A stretch of DNA of 53,547 bases, filler included, from Catajapyx aquilonaris (GCA_000934665.2; 3 parts of 3 records of this genome joined end to end with filler, not necessarily neighbours in it); one strand, 5' to 3'. Numbered from the whole stretch's first letter, positions 1 through 11,700 are shown. A program made the numbers and translations. Notes: generated by a model from the sequence alone, not told the origin.

Positions 1-379
1 GGCGGCCATGTTGGGCCCCCCAATGTAGCCCTCCCCTTTCGTACCTATAAAGTTCAGCCTTAGTCCGGTAGGGTCGCCACATGATAGCTCTGGGAAATGT
101 CTCGTGGCGCTCTCAAGTGAGCACCCGGTGCGTAATCCCTCAGCAGGTGATAAGCCCAGAAGATAGGGGTAGTGTCCGTGGGCTGGCTGGAACCATATAC
201 GAGCATGTCGCATATGGTGTCTTGTCTTTCAACTTTACACACGAGGTACCACATCAGCTCATCACCGTTCAGATGCCAGGAATTTTAAAGCAGTAATTTT
301 GGCTTAAAAAAAAAGAGTAGCCTAAAATTTGGATTATTATTTTAATTTATTTTTTTGCTCTGAAATAATTTTAAACTGA

Positions 380-1085
380 TTGAAAGAAAATGGCATTAAT
401 ATTTTGCTCGGTGTCAGTTATTGAGTACCCTATAGCAGGCCAGTGATGGTCACCGTTCACTCTGAAACTGTAAATTACGCATTACGTCAATTTGCAATCA
501 TGCTCTAATTACTATCAATTTCCAATCAATTAAATCCACCATTTGCATATTTACAGTACCTTCAATCACTAATTACTGATCCTAATTTAAATTGTTGAAA
601 CTGTTGATTCTTAATAAATTATTCAGTTCAAGTTCTCTGTATAATTTCCATTTCTATACAATAACAGATGGCAATAATTAAATTAAAGCTTTCATTAAAA
701 TCTGGTGTATATGGTGACCATCAAATCTCGGTCTCGGTTTTTAAAAAATCATCTTTGAGAGAGTGATTTAAAAAAAAAAATTAACGTAACATATCCTTCA
801 GATGACACTCTCGCTTTTGAAATGTAATTATTATTGCCAGAAGTTATTTTTTGCTACATGAAGCCCTGCTTTAAGCTTTTTGAAACCCGCACTAATGATG
901 AAATCTGGCTTTTCAGTTTTGAATATATTGAACGATGCATTTAAATTTTGAACAGGTTCAGAAATGAATGTATGTGCTTTTAAACTTGCCTCAATTTTAT
1001 TACGGCTTCAACTCACCCACTTTGGCTAATTTTTGCTCATGAGCCTGATAATTTTGCATAAATTTTTTTGAGTGTATTTATCTTC
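380..1085. repeat. Diverged direct duplication, copy A (paralogous to about 2430-3225)
   Basis: Collinear shared blocks by eye: GTGATGGTCACCGTTCACTCTGAAACT (443 vs 2476), TATTCAGTTCAAGT, TTAACGTAACAT, CATGAAGCC, TTTAAA(A)CTTGCCT, GCCTGATAATT. Boundaries approximate. Confidence 0.75.
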
Positions 1086-1203
1086 CCTAATGGTATTTAT
1101 CTTCCCTAATAGTATTTATCTTCCCAGAGGTTTTTTCGTACACAATAGTATTTTTCGTACACAGTGGTATTTTTCGTACACAATAGTATTTTTTCGTACA
1201 CAT
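1074..1203. repeat. About 19-bp minisatellite (GTATTTATCTTCCCTAATG x3 grading into GTATTTTTCGTACACAATA x4)
   Basis: Directly visible tandem units; further degenerate units near 1244-1290. Confidence 0.85.
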
Positions 1204-2209
1204 GGGTAATTACGATATCAAAAGGTACTTACGGTCTCAAAAGGTATTTATCTTCCCCAAGGTATTTCACCTGCAGTGTATTTATCTTGTCTCAGTGTAT
1301 TTCTCTGTCGCAATCTAGAAAGGAGATAACAATAATTAGATAAAAATTTCGAGTCCAGATGAGGGTGGAAGGCACAGTGCTTAAATCGCCATAGCCTGTA
1401 CCGCCAAAGAGCAACGGTGGTGAGCTGATTGGTTCGTGTGATTGTGTTCATTAAATCCCCAAAATATTTAATTGGGGACAGGGCATGATTGGCCCTGTGT
1501 TGACCTTTTGTTGCTCATTACGGGCAGGTCGGAACTGGCTTGTTTGATATCACTGCAATAATATTGTATGCATCCAGTCTGCTTATGCACTGACTGTTGT
1601 ATTAGTAAAATCATTTTTCTGTTCTCTGCCAGTACCTACCATTATGTAGAGTCACGTGTAAGAAAACGATTAGATGAGCCTAGCAGACATGCCCAATGGA
1701 AATATATACTATACGAGTTGGAGCTTTGTCGTAGCGGCGTGGCTATCCACCAATCCCAACTCAACTTATTTGACTTTTTATTGACCTTTTTTCTCCGGGC
1801 TACTAATAATGCACTGGTTTCATTTTAGGTACATTCGCATTGGGATTAATTCTGCGACGGGTACAGCATAAATCGCTTTATTTTTGCATAGTTTCACAAG
1901 TATGTATCGGCGAAGCAACATTTACAAATCCTTCACACGACAAGCATTGGGAAGACGATCACATTAACTGCAAGATAAATCAAGGTGAGTTCTCATTACA
2001 TGTTGCCCCACCTCCTAAGTCATGTCGTGCCCTAATAAAATCCTGGCCTCTCAAAATGTTATATTTATATACTTTATATTTTGCTTTTTGGAGATGATGT
2101 CCAGCGCATTTGAAGCCCGGAACGCGGTGGTTCCGCCTGACCAAGAAGACTGACATCATGGCATATCATTACATCCAACTCGTTGTGTGAATACACAAAC
2201 ATAGTGTAA

Positions 2210-2336
2210 TGCCTGGTTGCACCAACAAAATTACCGGTCCGATAGCTCCTAACAGACCGATAGCACATGTTAAAAGGTCTACCTATCTGTCCATTAGGAG
2301 CTATCGGACCGGTAATTTTGTTGGTAGAACCAGGCA
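2210..2336. mobile_element. 127-bp MITE, PIF/Harbinger-like
   Basis: 43-bp terminal inverted repeats (TGCCTGGTT..ACCAACAAAATTACCGGTCCGATAGCTCCTAA, 2 mismatches) flanked by TAA on both sides (2207-2209, 2337-2339). Confidence 0.8.
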
Positions 2337-2429
2337 TAAGTCTGGTGCATTACTTACTGATTTTTAAAATGTCAAATTTGCATTGTAATAGGATGTTAAA
2401 ATTAATTTCAACATTTACTAAGGCTATTT

Positions 2430-3225
2430 TAATAGAAAAATTGCATTAATTTTTTGCACGTTGTTGACAAGTGCTGTGATGGTCACCGTTCACTCTGAAA
2501 CTAATTATTTAAATGCTTTCCATTAACTTCCACTATTTAATTTACAGTCATGCTCTCTCATTATCAGTTTCCCGTCAACCAAATCATTTGGATATTTACA
2601 GTAATGTTCAATCCCATTTCATTACATGATTTTTCTAAATAAATCCTAATTCCATTTTTAAAAAAAAATATTCAGTTCAAGTACTATCAATAATTTCCAT
2701 TTATAATTATGTAATGTCAATTTATTTTATTTAACCATTTATTGCAGATGTTTATGTATCATCCTGCTTGCATCACACAATGGGAGTTTTGGGTTTGCTT
2801 GTCTCTTGCAGTGCGCAAGAGGATTGGTGAGTTGACTTAATTTTTTCATCACTGATCTTGACTAGAGTAAAAAATGATTTTAAAAAATTAACGTAACATT
2901 CTTAAGAGGACATTCTCACCTTTTGCTAATGTAACGTTGCCAATTATTTTCCAGAAATTAATTTTTTGCCTCATGAAGCCTTGCTTTAATATTTGAATCT
3001 GTGAACTATGATAAAATCCGGCATTTAAGCTTCGAATGAATAAAAATGAATTTAATTTTGAACATAATTAACAATGCACTTAAATTTTTCAACCGGCTCA
3101 GATATGATGACTGTGTGCCTTTAAAACTTGCCTTAATTTTATCACAACTTCAATTTGGCATATTTTTGCTTACGTGCCTGATAATTCTGTATTTAAATTT
3201 GCATACATTTTTCCAGTGTATTTCT
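2430..3225. repeat. Diverged direct duplication, copy B (paralogous to about 380-1085)
   Basis: Same collinear blocks as copy A. Confidence 0.75.
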
Positions 3226-6200
3226 TCTGCTGTTGTACAGGAAAAATTTACAAGTAGGGCAGATACTGTAAAATGATATACTTATATATAACTTACTTAT
3301 TATTTTCTTTCACATTGAATCCCAGACCAAGAAGACGGAAATCCTGGGATAAGCACGAGTTGATTCTAAGAACAAACCCCGCGTACTATTCATTTTGTAA
3401 TCAAGTCTAATCTATAAAAATTTTGGCCATCATCTTAATTACTTTCACTGCTCTGTACATATAAGATTCAATAATAACTTGGTTTATTACCTGTAATCGC
3501 TGACTTTAGTTACTTTGAAAAGCAAAACCTGCTTTCTTCACTTTTCCGGTTTTCTTGAAACAGCTAGTCTGAGAGTCAGAAAAAAGCGGTATGAAGTTCG
3601 TAAATGTAGCCTACACGTTTGGTCGCTTACAGTAATTTTAATGTAGCGACATGAGGATTGCTCGTATGTACTGTACATCTTGCTGCAATGACTTTTCATT
3701 TACAGAAAGATCCGGCTCGTTACATGAAAACACACAACAAAGTAAGTCTTATTTAAGGCTAAAATAATACTGCTGCATATACATATACATACCTACATAC
3801 ATCACGGCATTAACCCGTGGAGGGGTAGCCAGCAATGGCAGGTGACGCAGCACCAAGCCATCTCGTTTGACCGATGATAATGTATTCTCCGGTGAGTAGC
3901 CTTAGGCTATATTATTTTTTTCATGTTCACATGTTAGTGTTGTAGGTACTGTACCAAAAATTGTAATCAGTACTCGAAAGCATATGAACAGGACATAAAT
4001 AGTATGAAAATTACCTCGTTGAAAACATATTTCAAAAATTAATGGCTATTTTTGAAAAGAATTGTAACAGGTCTTGCAGTAGCGGTTACTTTATAATAGC
4101 GCTTTAACCCAACACATGTAGACAATGGGAACGAACCAAGCAAGGTGTGAACGCGCCCAGATTGTTTCTCCAAGATGGCTGCCAGATTTATTCATTATTT
4201 TTGATCTGTCGAGTCTGAGTTCCTGCTCATTATTTCGAGGGAATTACTTTTGGGTTGCAGGAAGGAAATTAAAAAAGGGTGAGTACAGCTGGAGATAATG
4301 TGGCTGCACATTTTGGTGGTGTAAGGAGGGAGTGAGTGTGAACAAAATAAACTCAAATTAAGGAAAATTGATAAGAAAGGTTTCTTTGAAAATAAAAATG
4401 TCATTTTTGCACGAGTCTCTGACTTAAAAAGAATTAGTGAGGTGCTATCAATTAGCATGTAACATGACCTGTGTGTAGTAACTGGTTGGCAGTCAAGAAT
4501 GAGATCAGCTCTTGATGAGATGGACTCGGGAGATGAGAGCATCGTCACTGAAGAGACATGGAAGCTGGCCGTGAAGGAAGAGACCCCTTCATGCTTTGAT
4601 CCTGATTCGACTCTCAGTGAAGACGCCCTGAATGAAATTAAGGTCGAAGTGACAGAAGACGAGACGATGGTTACTGTGCCAGATGTTATGGACAACGTGG
4701 AAGATCCCTTGGCCACTACTCATGAAGGAATTGATGAGGTACACTGGTCACAAACACCATAAATATAGCTTAAAAATACGCAGAGAATTTGCTTGTTATT
4801 GACATAACGAGGCTTCATAAATATGTGTAATGATGCCTCGTATGTTTTCACCTATAGCACTGAAATTAATGGTTTGCAATCAGACATGTTCGCGTAACGG
4901 AATTAAATAATAATTATGTGTACGTCTTTCAGACAGAAGAGGAGAAGCAGGTTGGAGATGGAAATGCGGCTGAGAAATGCACCAAGATACACTTCCGAGG
5001 GAGGGCCTGCGGATGGCACCTTTGCCTGGGAGATAGCGCAGAGAAGTAGAAATTTAGTTGTAAATTTTGCAATAGGGAATTTAACAAATCTGCTAATATG
5101 AAACAACATCAAAGGATTCCTACTGGAGAGAAACCATTTAAGTGCCAGATTTGTGATGCAAAATTTTGTTTCGCCTCTAATTTGTCGCGACACAAACTTA
5201 CACACTCAGGAGAAACAATTAGTTCTGAAATTTGTCAGGATAGGTTGATTGACTGTTCCGGTTTAGGGTCATTCCATGTCAGTTCATCCAGCCATGTCAC
5301 CCACCATCTCAGATTCTCTTGAAATTTTAGCTGTGCAAACTGTGTACTGAGAAACTAATATCCTGAAAATTTTAGCCTCATAGCTCTTATAGTTCTTGAG
5401 CTATGGCCAGGCAAATGAGGGTGAAAATGGCTACGACAGAGTTGTGAAGGCACGACTTGTTTTTCAAAATATTTTATTGTGTGTTAACTAATTGGCGTAG
5501 AAAGTTTAAAATATTTGTACTTGTGCACAGAAACCTTCCGATTCCAAAAATGCTGTCAGATTTGTGCTGAGATCATATCTTCACACATTAATCAATAACA
5601 TTTGTTGGCATGACCTTGAAACTTTCACAGCTCATTCCCAAAATGTGTATCCTCCGATTTTAATGAAATTGCACCAAAAGAAAGGTCTTGAAGTCTACTT
5701 TCAGGAGGTGTAAAAACTTGTCTGTGTATTTTGGTTTTTCACCTTGATAAATGGTACATTAACAAAACGTGTCAATCAACAAGACTGTTCTATTGACACT
5801 CTCCTTCAGATTGCTATGAAATTTTCCAGGTAGGTATAATTATTTTTGTGAAGACACAACACCAAAGCAAAACTTATTTCAACTTACATATAAGTCACTT
5901 TCCTATTTCGTGAAACTACACCAAGCAGCTTAAATTTCCTTGGACGACACCCGTGATAGTTGGTATTGCCTTCCAGTTGCAGTAGTAGGCATTCCTAACC
6001 ACACATCGCACATGTTGCACTGGAACCCAGCACTTATCATCAGGATTGGCCAATAGTAGGATCTTGCTGGGCCATGTGGATGCATAAATTTCACATATAC
6101 ATCACCATCAAAGTCATGTTTTTCCATTTCATCCACAACCCTAAGATACCAATGGTGATCGTAAACACATGCAACAAAAGAGTTCACTTGCAATTGTAAG

Positions 6201-6340
6201 ATGTTTGGTTCGTGCTTGCTCATTTTGAAGTGAAATGTTAGAGCAACTTCGGTGTCATCACTGATCCGTTTCATAGTGATGATTGATTCCGACAATGGAG
6301 AAAAATGGTGAAAACTTCTCGTTCCAACAATAGTTTTCAG

Positions 6341-6431
6341 CGGGGATGGAAAAAGAACCGAAGAAGCGGTTCTTTTTCGATATGCCCTTTATGGAAAAAG
6401 AACCCCTTCTTCGGTTCTCTTTCCATCCCTG
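6341..6431. mobile_element. 91-bp hAT-type MITE nested in the transposase
   Basis: 38-bp imperfect TIRs (C[G/A]GGGATGGAAA.AGAACCGAAGAAG.GGTTCTTTTTC), 8-bp TSD GTTTTCAG (6333-6340, 6432-6439). Removal restores the host frame. Confidence 0.88.
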
Positions 6432-6906
6432 GTTTTCAGTCCTTCAAAACGAACTTGCTGTGAATGTCTGTAAGGAGTCATGTCCTTTTTGTCAATATAA
6501 ATGAAAATAATATTTTTAATGTGGCCTTTGCAAAACTGAAACATCTGTGATGACGTCATAATTTGCTCTTGCAGTGGTCGTTGGAGACTGGTTCTTGCCA
6601 CTATCCTTTTGACAGTGCCCCCGATGCCAGGAGATTTGCCATGGCTTGTGGCAAAAAAGGCCCATGATGCATCGACATTGAAATCCTGTTTATGGTGGCA
6701 TAGATTCATGAAGGATTTGCAGTTTTTATATTGGGCCGCACAACCGTCTGTAAAATACAGCACATGTTGTACATGCGGTAGTTTTTCCTTTAATAATTCC
6801 ATCAATTTTCCTTGGATTTTGTGGACTATGGAACGTCATGTTTCAAATCATCCGATATTATGCAGATGCTGTAGTTACACAAGTTGTTGCCATCATCTTT
6901 ATAATA

Positions 6907-7271
6907 CAGGGTGATCAAACTTTTTTGTCGTTTTAGTTATTGACAAATTCGGCATAAGCTGCTTATATTGTAGCCCGTTACCTGGCAACCCCGTCCGGCG
7001 GGCCAATTCAAACATCGGCACATGGAGAGCGCTTCCATTGTTGCCACTGTTTACAAATCGAGTGAGTGAGTGCGCAGGCAGAAGAGACCCGTCGCTGGGT
7101 CGTCCGCGTCACTCACTCGATTTGTAAACAGTGGCAACAATGGAAGCGCTCTCCATGGGCTGATGTTTGAATTGGCCCGCCGGACAGGGTTGCCAGGTAA
7201 CGGGCTACAATATAAGCAGCTTATGCAGAATTTGTCAATAACTAAAACGACAAAAAAGTTTGATCACCCTG
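6907..7271. mobile_element. 365-bp Tc1/mariner-type MITE nested in the transposase
   Basis: About 163-bp near-perfect arms (6907-7069, 7109-7271) starting CAGGGTGATCAAAC, TA TSD. Removal restores the reading ..AVLYYKDDG.. Confidence 0.9.
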
Positions 7272-8751
7272 TATAAGACTGCTGGATGGAGTGTACATGA
7301 CATGCTGGTCCAATGAAAACTCAGAACTTTTTGTTAATGTACCATTATCAAGGTGAAAAACCAAAATACACAGACAAATTTTTACACCTCCTGAAAGTAG
7401 ACTTCAAGACCTTTCTTTTGGTGCAATTTCATTAAAATTGGAGGATACACATTTTGGGAATGAGCTGTGAAAGTTTCAAGGTCATGCCAAAAAATGTTAT
7501 TGATTAATGTGTGAAGATATGATCTCAGCACAAATCTGACAGCATTTTTGGAATCAGAAGGTTTCTGTGCATAAGTACAAATATTTTCAACTTTCTACAC
7601 CAATTAGTTAACACACAATAAAATATTTTGAAAAACAAGTCGTGCCTTCACAACTCTGCCGTAGCCATTTTCACCCTCATTTGCCTGGCCATAGCTCAAG
7701 AACTATAAGAGCCAGGAGGCTAAAATTTTCAAGATATTTGTTTCTCAGTACACAGTTTGCACAGCTAAAATTTCAAGAGAATCTGAGATGGTGGGTGACA
7801 TGGCTGGATGAACTGACATGGAATGATCCTTTAGCAGAATGCAAAAGCTGCCTATAATGAGTGAGGAATTAAAATGTGAGGTTTGCAAGAAGAGGTTTCG
7901 TTGTCTGTCCCAACTGAAATCACACCAGAGAAAACATGCTGGGGTGAAATCATTCAATTGCTCCGTATGCAATAAAAAATTTGCCATATGGGCTTACCAA
8001 ACAATTATGAACGCACACTGGCGAAAAGCCATATAGTTGCCAATTTTGCTGCAAACAATTCTCCCAGTAGTCTAGTAGAACGAGGCACTTGCGAACATAT
8101 ACAGGGGAGAAGCCATATTCATGTGAGGTTTGCCTAAAAAGGTATGCTGGGAAATCGGATCTAACTAGGCACCTCCAAACACACCATGGCGAGAAGCGTT
8201 TTGTTTGCCACTAGGCAATTTAGAGAGGCCGATGATTAGCTACGCACCACACAAGTACACAAAGATAAAACCACATCGAAGTGTTTAATGCTATGAAGTG
8301 ATCTTATTTAAGCCTGTGAAGAACTCCAGTGAGTTTTGACACATTTGTTGTCAGAGATTTTGATTGTTACTAAAACGAACACAGTTTTGGAGAAGTCTCA
8401 TGTAATGTGTTTCTTAACACCTTGTAAATGCGAGCCATTAATAATGTAATGTTGGCAATGAATGTCACTCAGTACTTGAAATGTTATGCTCCAATACCAA
8501 GAGTTATTGATGCATTTCAATGTTGCAAATAAAATAATATTGTCATCAGGCATAATTATGGCCACAAGATTATCTAATTACAAAAAAATGTAATTGATTT
8601 CTTTACTTGCACAACGTTACGACCATGCTATCATGACCCCTCCTGAGTTGAAGGGCAAGAAATTCTGCTTTAGTAAACCCAAAAGTGTCCTTAAATTCCT
8701 CAAAAATAAATAAATAATGTTACAAAAATATCTCGCTAATATTGACAAATT

Positions 8752-8963
8752 AGCGGTTACTTTCAAATAGCGTTTTAACCCAATCGCGTCACGGAGACAA
8801 GGGAACGAACCAGCGTGGATGCGAACGCACCCAAAATTCTTTCTAAGATGGCTGCCAAATGTCTTCATTTTTCTTGATATGTCAAGTCTTTTTTATCTTA
8901 CTGCTCAATTATTTGTACGCATTTTTATCCTGGGTTGGAGGAGGGAAAGTACAAAGGGTGAGT
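8752..8963 (+). promoter_or_regulatory. Putative promoter / non-coding first exon of zinc-finger paralogue 2 (homologue at about 4081-4285)
   Basis: Block conserved between paralogues 1 and 2, containing AAGATGGCTGCC (YY1-like) and ending in a conserved donor-like AAGG|GTGAGT. Function is inferred. Confidence 0.35.
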
Positions 8964-9158
8964 ACAGCTGGAGGTAATGTGGGTACTAGTTTTGGTGGTG
9001 TAACAAGGGGAGAGAGCGTGAAGAAACGTGTGGAAATTGAGGAAAATTAGTTTCTTTGAAAATTAAAAAAATGTGCAATTTTGCACGAGGCGCTAGCGAG
9101 AAAAATTAGTGCAGCAATTAGCATGTGCATAATACTAATTGATGTATTTTTCAGGATC

Positions 9159-9392
9159 ATGTCGTTGGCTATCAAGAGGGAGTTGGACGTAGAAGATACT
9201 GAAGAGACATGGAAGCTGGCCCTGATGGAAGAGACTCCGTCATGCTTTGATCCAGATTCGACTCTCATTCAAGATGCCTTATATGAAATTAAGGCCGAAG
9301 CGACAGAAGAGGAGATGATGGTTACTGTGCCAGATGGTGCAGACAATAATGCCGGAGATCCCTTAGCCATTGATCACGAAGGAATCGATAAG
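9159..9392 (+). CDS. C2H2 zinc-finger protein (paralogue 2), coding exon 1: acidic N-terminal region, 78 codons
   Basis: Acceptor TTTTTCAG ending at 9154, ATG at 9159, phase-0 donor AAG|GTACAC. Sequence MSLAIKRELDVEDTEETWKLAL...DPLAIDHEGIDK, homologous to the exons at 4499 and 10628. Confidence 0.75.
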
Positions 9393-9670
9393 GTACACAA
9401 ACACCGTGAAATATAGCTAAAAATTACACATATAATTTACTCAGTTTGATTTGATTTTGGAAGGAGCCAAAGCAACCGAGGGTATAATTTGATTGATATT
9501 GATGTAACGAGGCTTCACAAATGTGTGGCAATGTCATGTACACATGTATTTATTTAGTTAGGTAACTGATTTTACTTCCTCTTGCGGATGAGGAAATGTT
9601 GCTGCATACAATGCGGTCAGACATGTTGGAATAACAGGGCTAATGTAAATAATACATGTACATCTTTCAG

Positions 9671-10306
9671 ACAGAAGAGAAGCAAGTTGGAGAAGGAAAT
9701 GTGGAGGAAAAATCCACCAAGGGACACTTGCAAAGGAGGCCCTGCAGATGCCACCTTTGCATTGGAGATGGTGCAGAGAAGAAAAAATTTAGTTGCCAAA
9801 TTTGCAATAAGAGATATACATCTGGTTATATAAAAAAACATCTAAGGATTCATACTGGAGAGAAGCCATTTACTTGTCAGGTTTGTGATGCAAGGTTTCG
9901 TCACTCATCTGGTTTGTCAAGGCACAAGCATATGCACTCAGGAGAAAAGTTCAGTTCTGAATTGTGCCAGAATAAGATGATCAACTGTTGCAGTTTACCA
10001 GAATGCAAGAAGCTGCCTGCAGGGAGCGATGAATTAAAATGTGAGGTTTGCCAGAACAGGTTTGGTTGTCTTTGCAGACTGGAATGTCACAAGCGTACAC
10101 ATACTGGGGAAAAATCATTCAGTTGCTCTGTATGTAATAAAAAATTTGAAGGTGTAACTCATCTGATCCGACACATACGGACGCACACTGGGGAAAAGCC
10201 ATACAGTTGCCAATTTTGCAGCCAAATGTTTAACCAGTTAATATCTCTGAAGAGACATGTGCAGAGGCATACAGGTCTGCCGCCAAAATTGAATGTCACG
10301 CAATAG
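9671..10306 (+). CDS. C2H2 zinc-finger protein (paralogue 2), coding exon 2: five fingers; spliced product about 289 aa
   Basis: Acceptor CATCTTTCAG, phase 0, open to TAG at 10304-10306. Five CxxC..HxxxH fingers with HTGEKP-type linkers; AATAAA just downstream (about 10332). Confidence 0.88.
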   Translation, partial: TEEKQVGEGNVEEKSTKGHLQRRPCRCHLCIGDGAEKKKFSCQICNKRYTSGYIKKHLRIHTGEKPFTCQVCDARFRHSSGLSRHKHMHSGEKFSSELCQNKMINCCSLPECKKLPAGSDELKCEVCQNRFGCLCRLECHKRTHTGEKSFSCSVCNKKFEGVTHLIRHIRTHTGEKPYSCQFCSQMFNQLISLKRHVQRHTGLPPKLNVTQ

Positions 10307-10627
10307 TAGACATTTTGTGCATGTAAAAAAAAATAAAAATGAAATGTTGTTACTGCCTATTCAATTGTTGGATATAAATATTGTCATCAGGCCAATAAGA
10401 GGATTCACCAGGCCATATTTCCACACTGTCTACGTAAAAAAATCACAATTGTTTGCTTCTCTTGCACAACATGACACTCGCATGACAACCATGAAACAGT
10501 GGCACTTCCGAGTTGAAGTGTTAGGTTTCCATGACTTCAGCGGCTCGTTAACATTGTTGTCTCCTGCCTAATAAGTCTGACTCTGCCTCACCTTTCCCAG
10601 CTTGTCCTGCCCTAACTCTTTAGGACC

Positions 10628-11292
10628 ATGGAGGTGAAAATAAAGGAAGAAGTGATCGAAGGGAAGAAAGATGACAGCATTACTGTAGAGGAACCCTGGA
10701 ATTTGGTAATGAAGGAAGAAATCGCATCATGTTACGTTGATGAGTCCACCACTGATGATGTGGCTGTTAGGCAAGTTAATAAGTCAGAAGAGGATGAACA
10801 GATGGTCATTGCTGCAAATATCCCCGATGATGTGGATGACCCACTGGCATGTACTAATGAAGGAAGCAACGAGGTAAGTTATATCTAAAATACATAATTT
10901 AATTCATGGGCACAACAATCACTTTTGATGATTAGTATAGCATGCTATGCACTTAAACTAAAATGCATTTTAATGTTTCAGGGAGAACATGAGAAGACGG
11001 ATGATAATGCGAAGAGAAAGTGTTTGGATCAATCAGATAGTCTGACATACCGTGCTGCACACACCACCGGGAAAAGGCCGTCTGTGTGCCAAATTTGCAA
11101 CATGAGGTTCACCAGGTCGTTCACTCTGAAACACATATGATGATACATACCGGGGAGAAGCCTTATACGTGCCAAGTTTGCCGAAAAAAGTTTCATCGGA
11201 AATCACACCTGGAAAGACACTCGAAAGTGCACAGTTACACTGCTTGGTTGCTAGATATGAAGCAAAGACATTTAGAGCAGCAGCGTAAATGA
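10628..11292 (+). pseudogene. C2H2 zinc-finger paralogue 3 (two fingers) with one frameshift: young pseudogene or sequencing error
   Basis: Exon 10628-10873 (donor GAG|GTAAGT), exon 10982-11292 (acceptor TTTCAG). One extra A in the run at 11129-11131 would give [49 protein letters not shown]. Confidence 0.75.
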
Positions 11293-11554
11293 GCAACATA
11301 CAACCGCACACATGCAAATAAGCTACGAAAAATAATTTATTTTTATTTAATTATTTTTATAATTAACCTTAGCTGTTTTCACACACGTGCTGAGAATATG
11401 TTGATTGTGATAGTGATAGTTGATCTCATTTGTCACAGTTTTGAGGTAGTTTGCCTCATTTTTGAAGCAGGAGCCATTGAGATGTAATTGGTGATTTTTG
11501 TAGTAATTTAATTGACCGACTTTAATCATTGCCTTTGCTGTGATGGATTTTGAT

Positions 11555-11700
11555 TGTGGAAGGAAACGGGAGAACACCGAGAAAACCCACGTGAACACGG
11601 AGAGAATCCATCGAAACTCTATCCACATAAACATCCTCTGTCCGGCCTGGGGATCAAACTCGGGACCTTAGAGGTGGAAGGCTGTGTCGCTTCATATCAC
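11555..11700 (-). mobile_element. tRNA-derived SINE, family B, degenerate copy
   Basis: Aligns by eye with 28089-28240. Minus strand shows a B-box-like GAGTTTGATCC and core GTGGGTTTTCTCGGTGTTCTCCCGTTTCCTTCCAC. Confidence 0.75.

Larger units (their letters stand above)
5930..7321 (-). pseudogene. Degenerate DDD-type transposase, C-terminal part (Sola2-like)
   Basis: Reconstructed: SFHWTSMSCTLHPAVLYYKDDG..ICIISDDLKHDV..YFTDGCAAQYKN..WAFFATSHGKSP--GIGGTVKR..RFEGLKTIVGTRSFHHFSP..VACVYDHHWY..VKFMHPHGPARSYYWP. Broken by two MITEs and frameshifts (about 6830 and 6048); the usual CD dipeptide before GIGG is missing. Confidence 0.85.
5266..7829 (-). mobile_element. Internally deleted Sola2-like DNA transposon (2564 bp)
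   Basis: About 500-bp TIRs (5266-5767 and 7329-7829; ends GGGTCATTCC / GGAATGATCC), 4-bp TSD TTTA (5262-5265, 7830-7833), empty site matches paralogue 2, transposase remnant on the minus strand. Long TIRs, 4-bp TSD and a GRG terminus fit Sola2 as I recall it; the superfamily call needs a database check. Confidence 0.88.
4499..8214 (+). pseudogene. C2H2 zinc-finger pseudogene (paralogue 1), interrupted by a DNA transposon
   Basis: Acidic exon 4499-4738 (GT at 4739). Finger exon starts at 4933 after CTTTCAG and resumes at 7834 after the insertion. TGEKP linkers and CxxC..H motifs present. In-frame stops at 5047-5049 and 8068-8070, His->Pro in finger 1, frameshifts near 7845 and 7990-8015. Collinear with the intact copy at 9159-10306. 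Confidence 0.9.

Noticed and set aside
4195..4716. 173-aa minus-strand ORF (and 9047-9268, 9617-9841, 23584-23928)
   Set aside because: Antisense shadows of real plus-strand exons.
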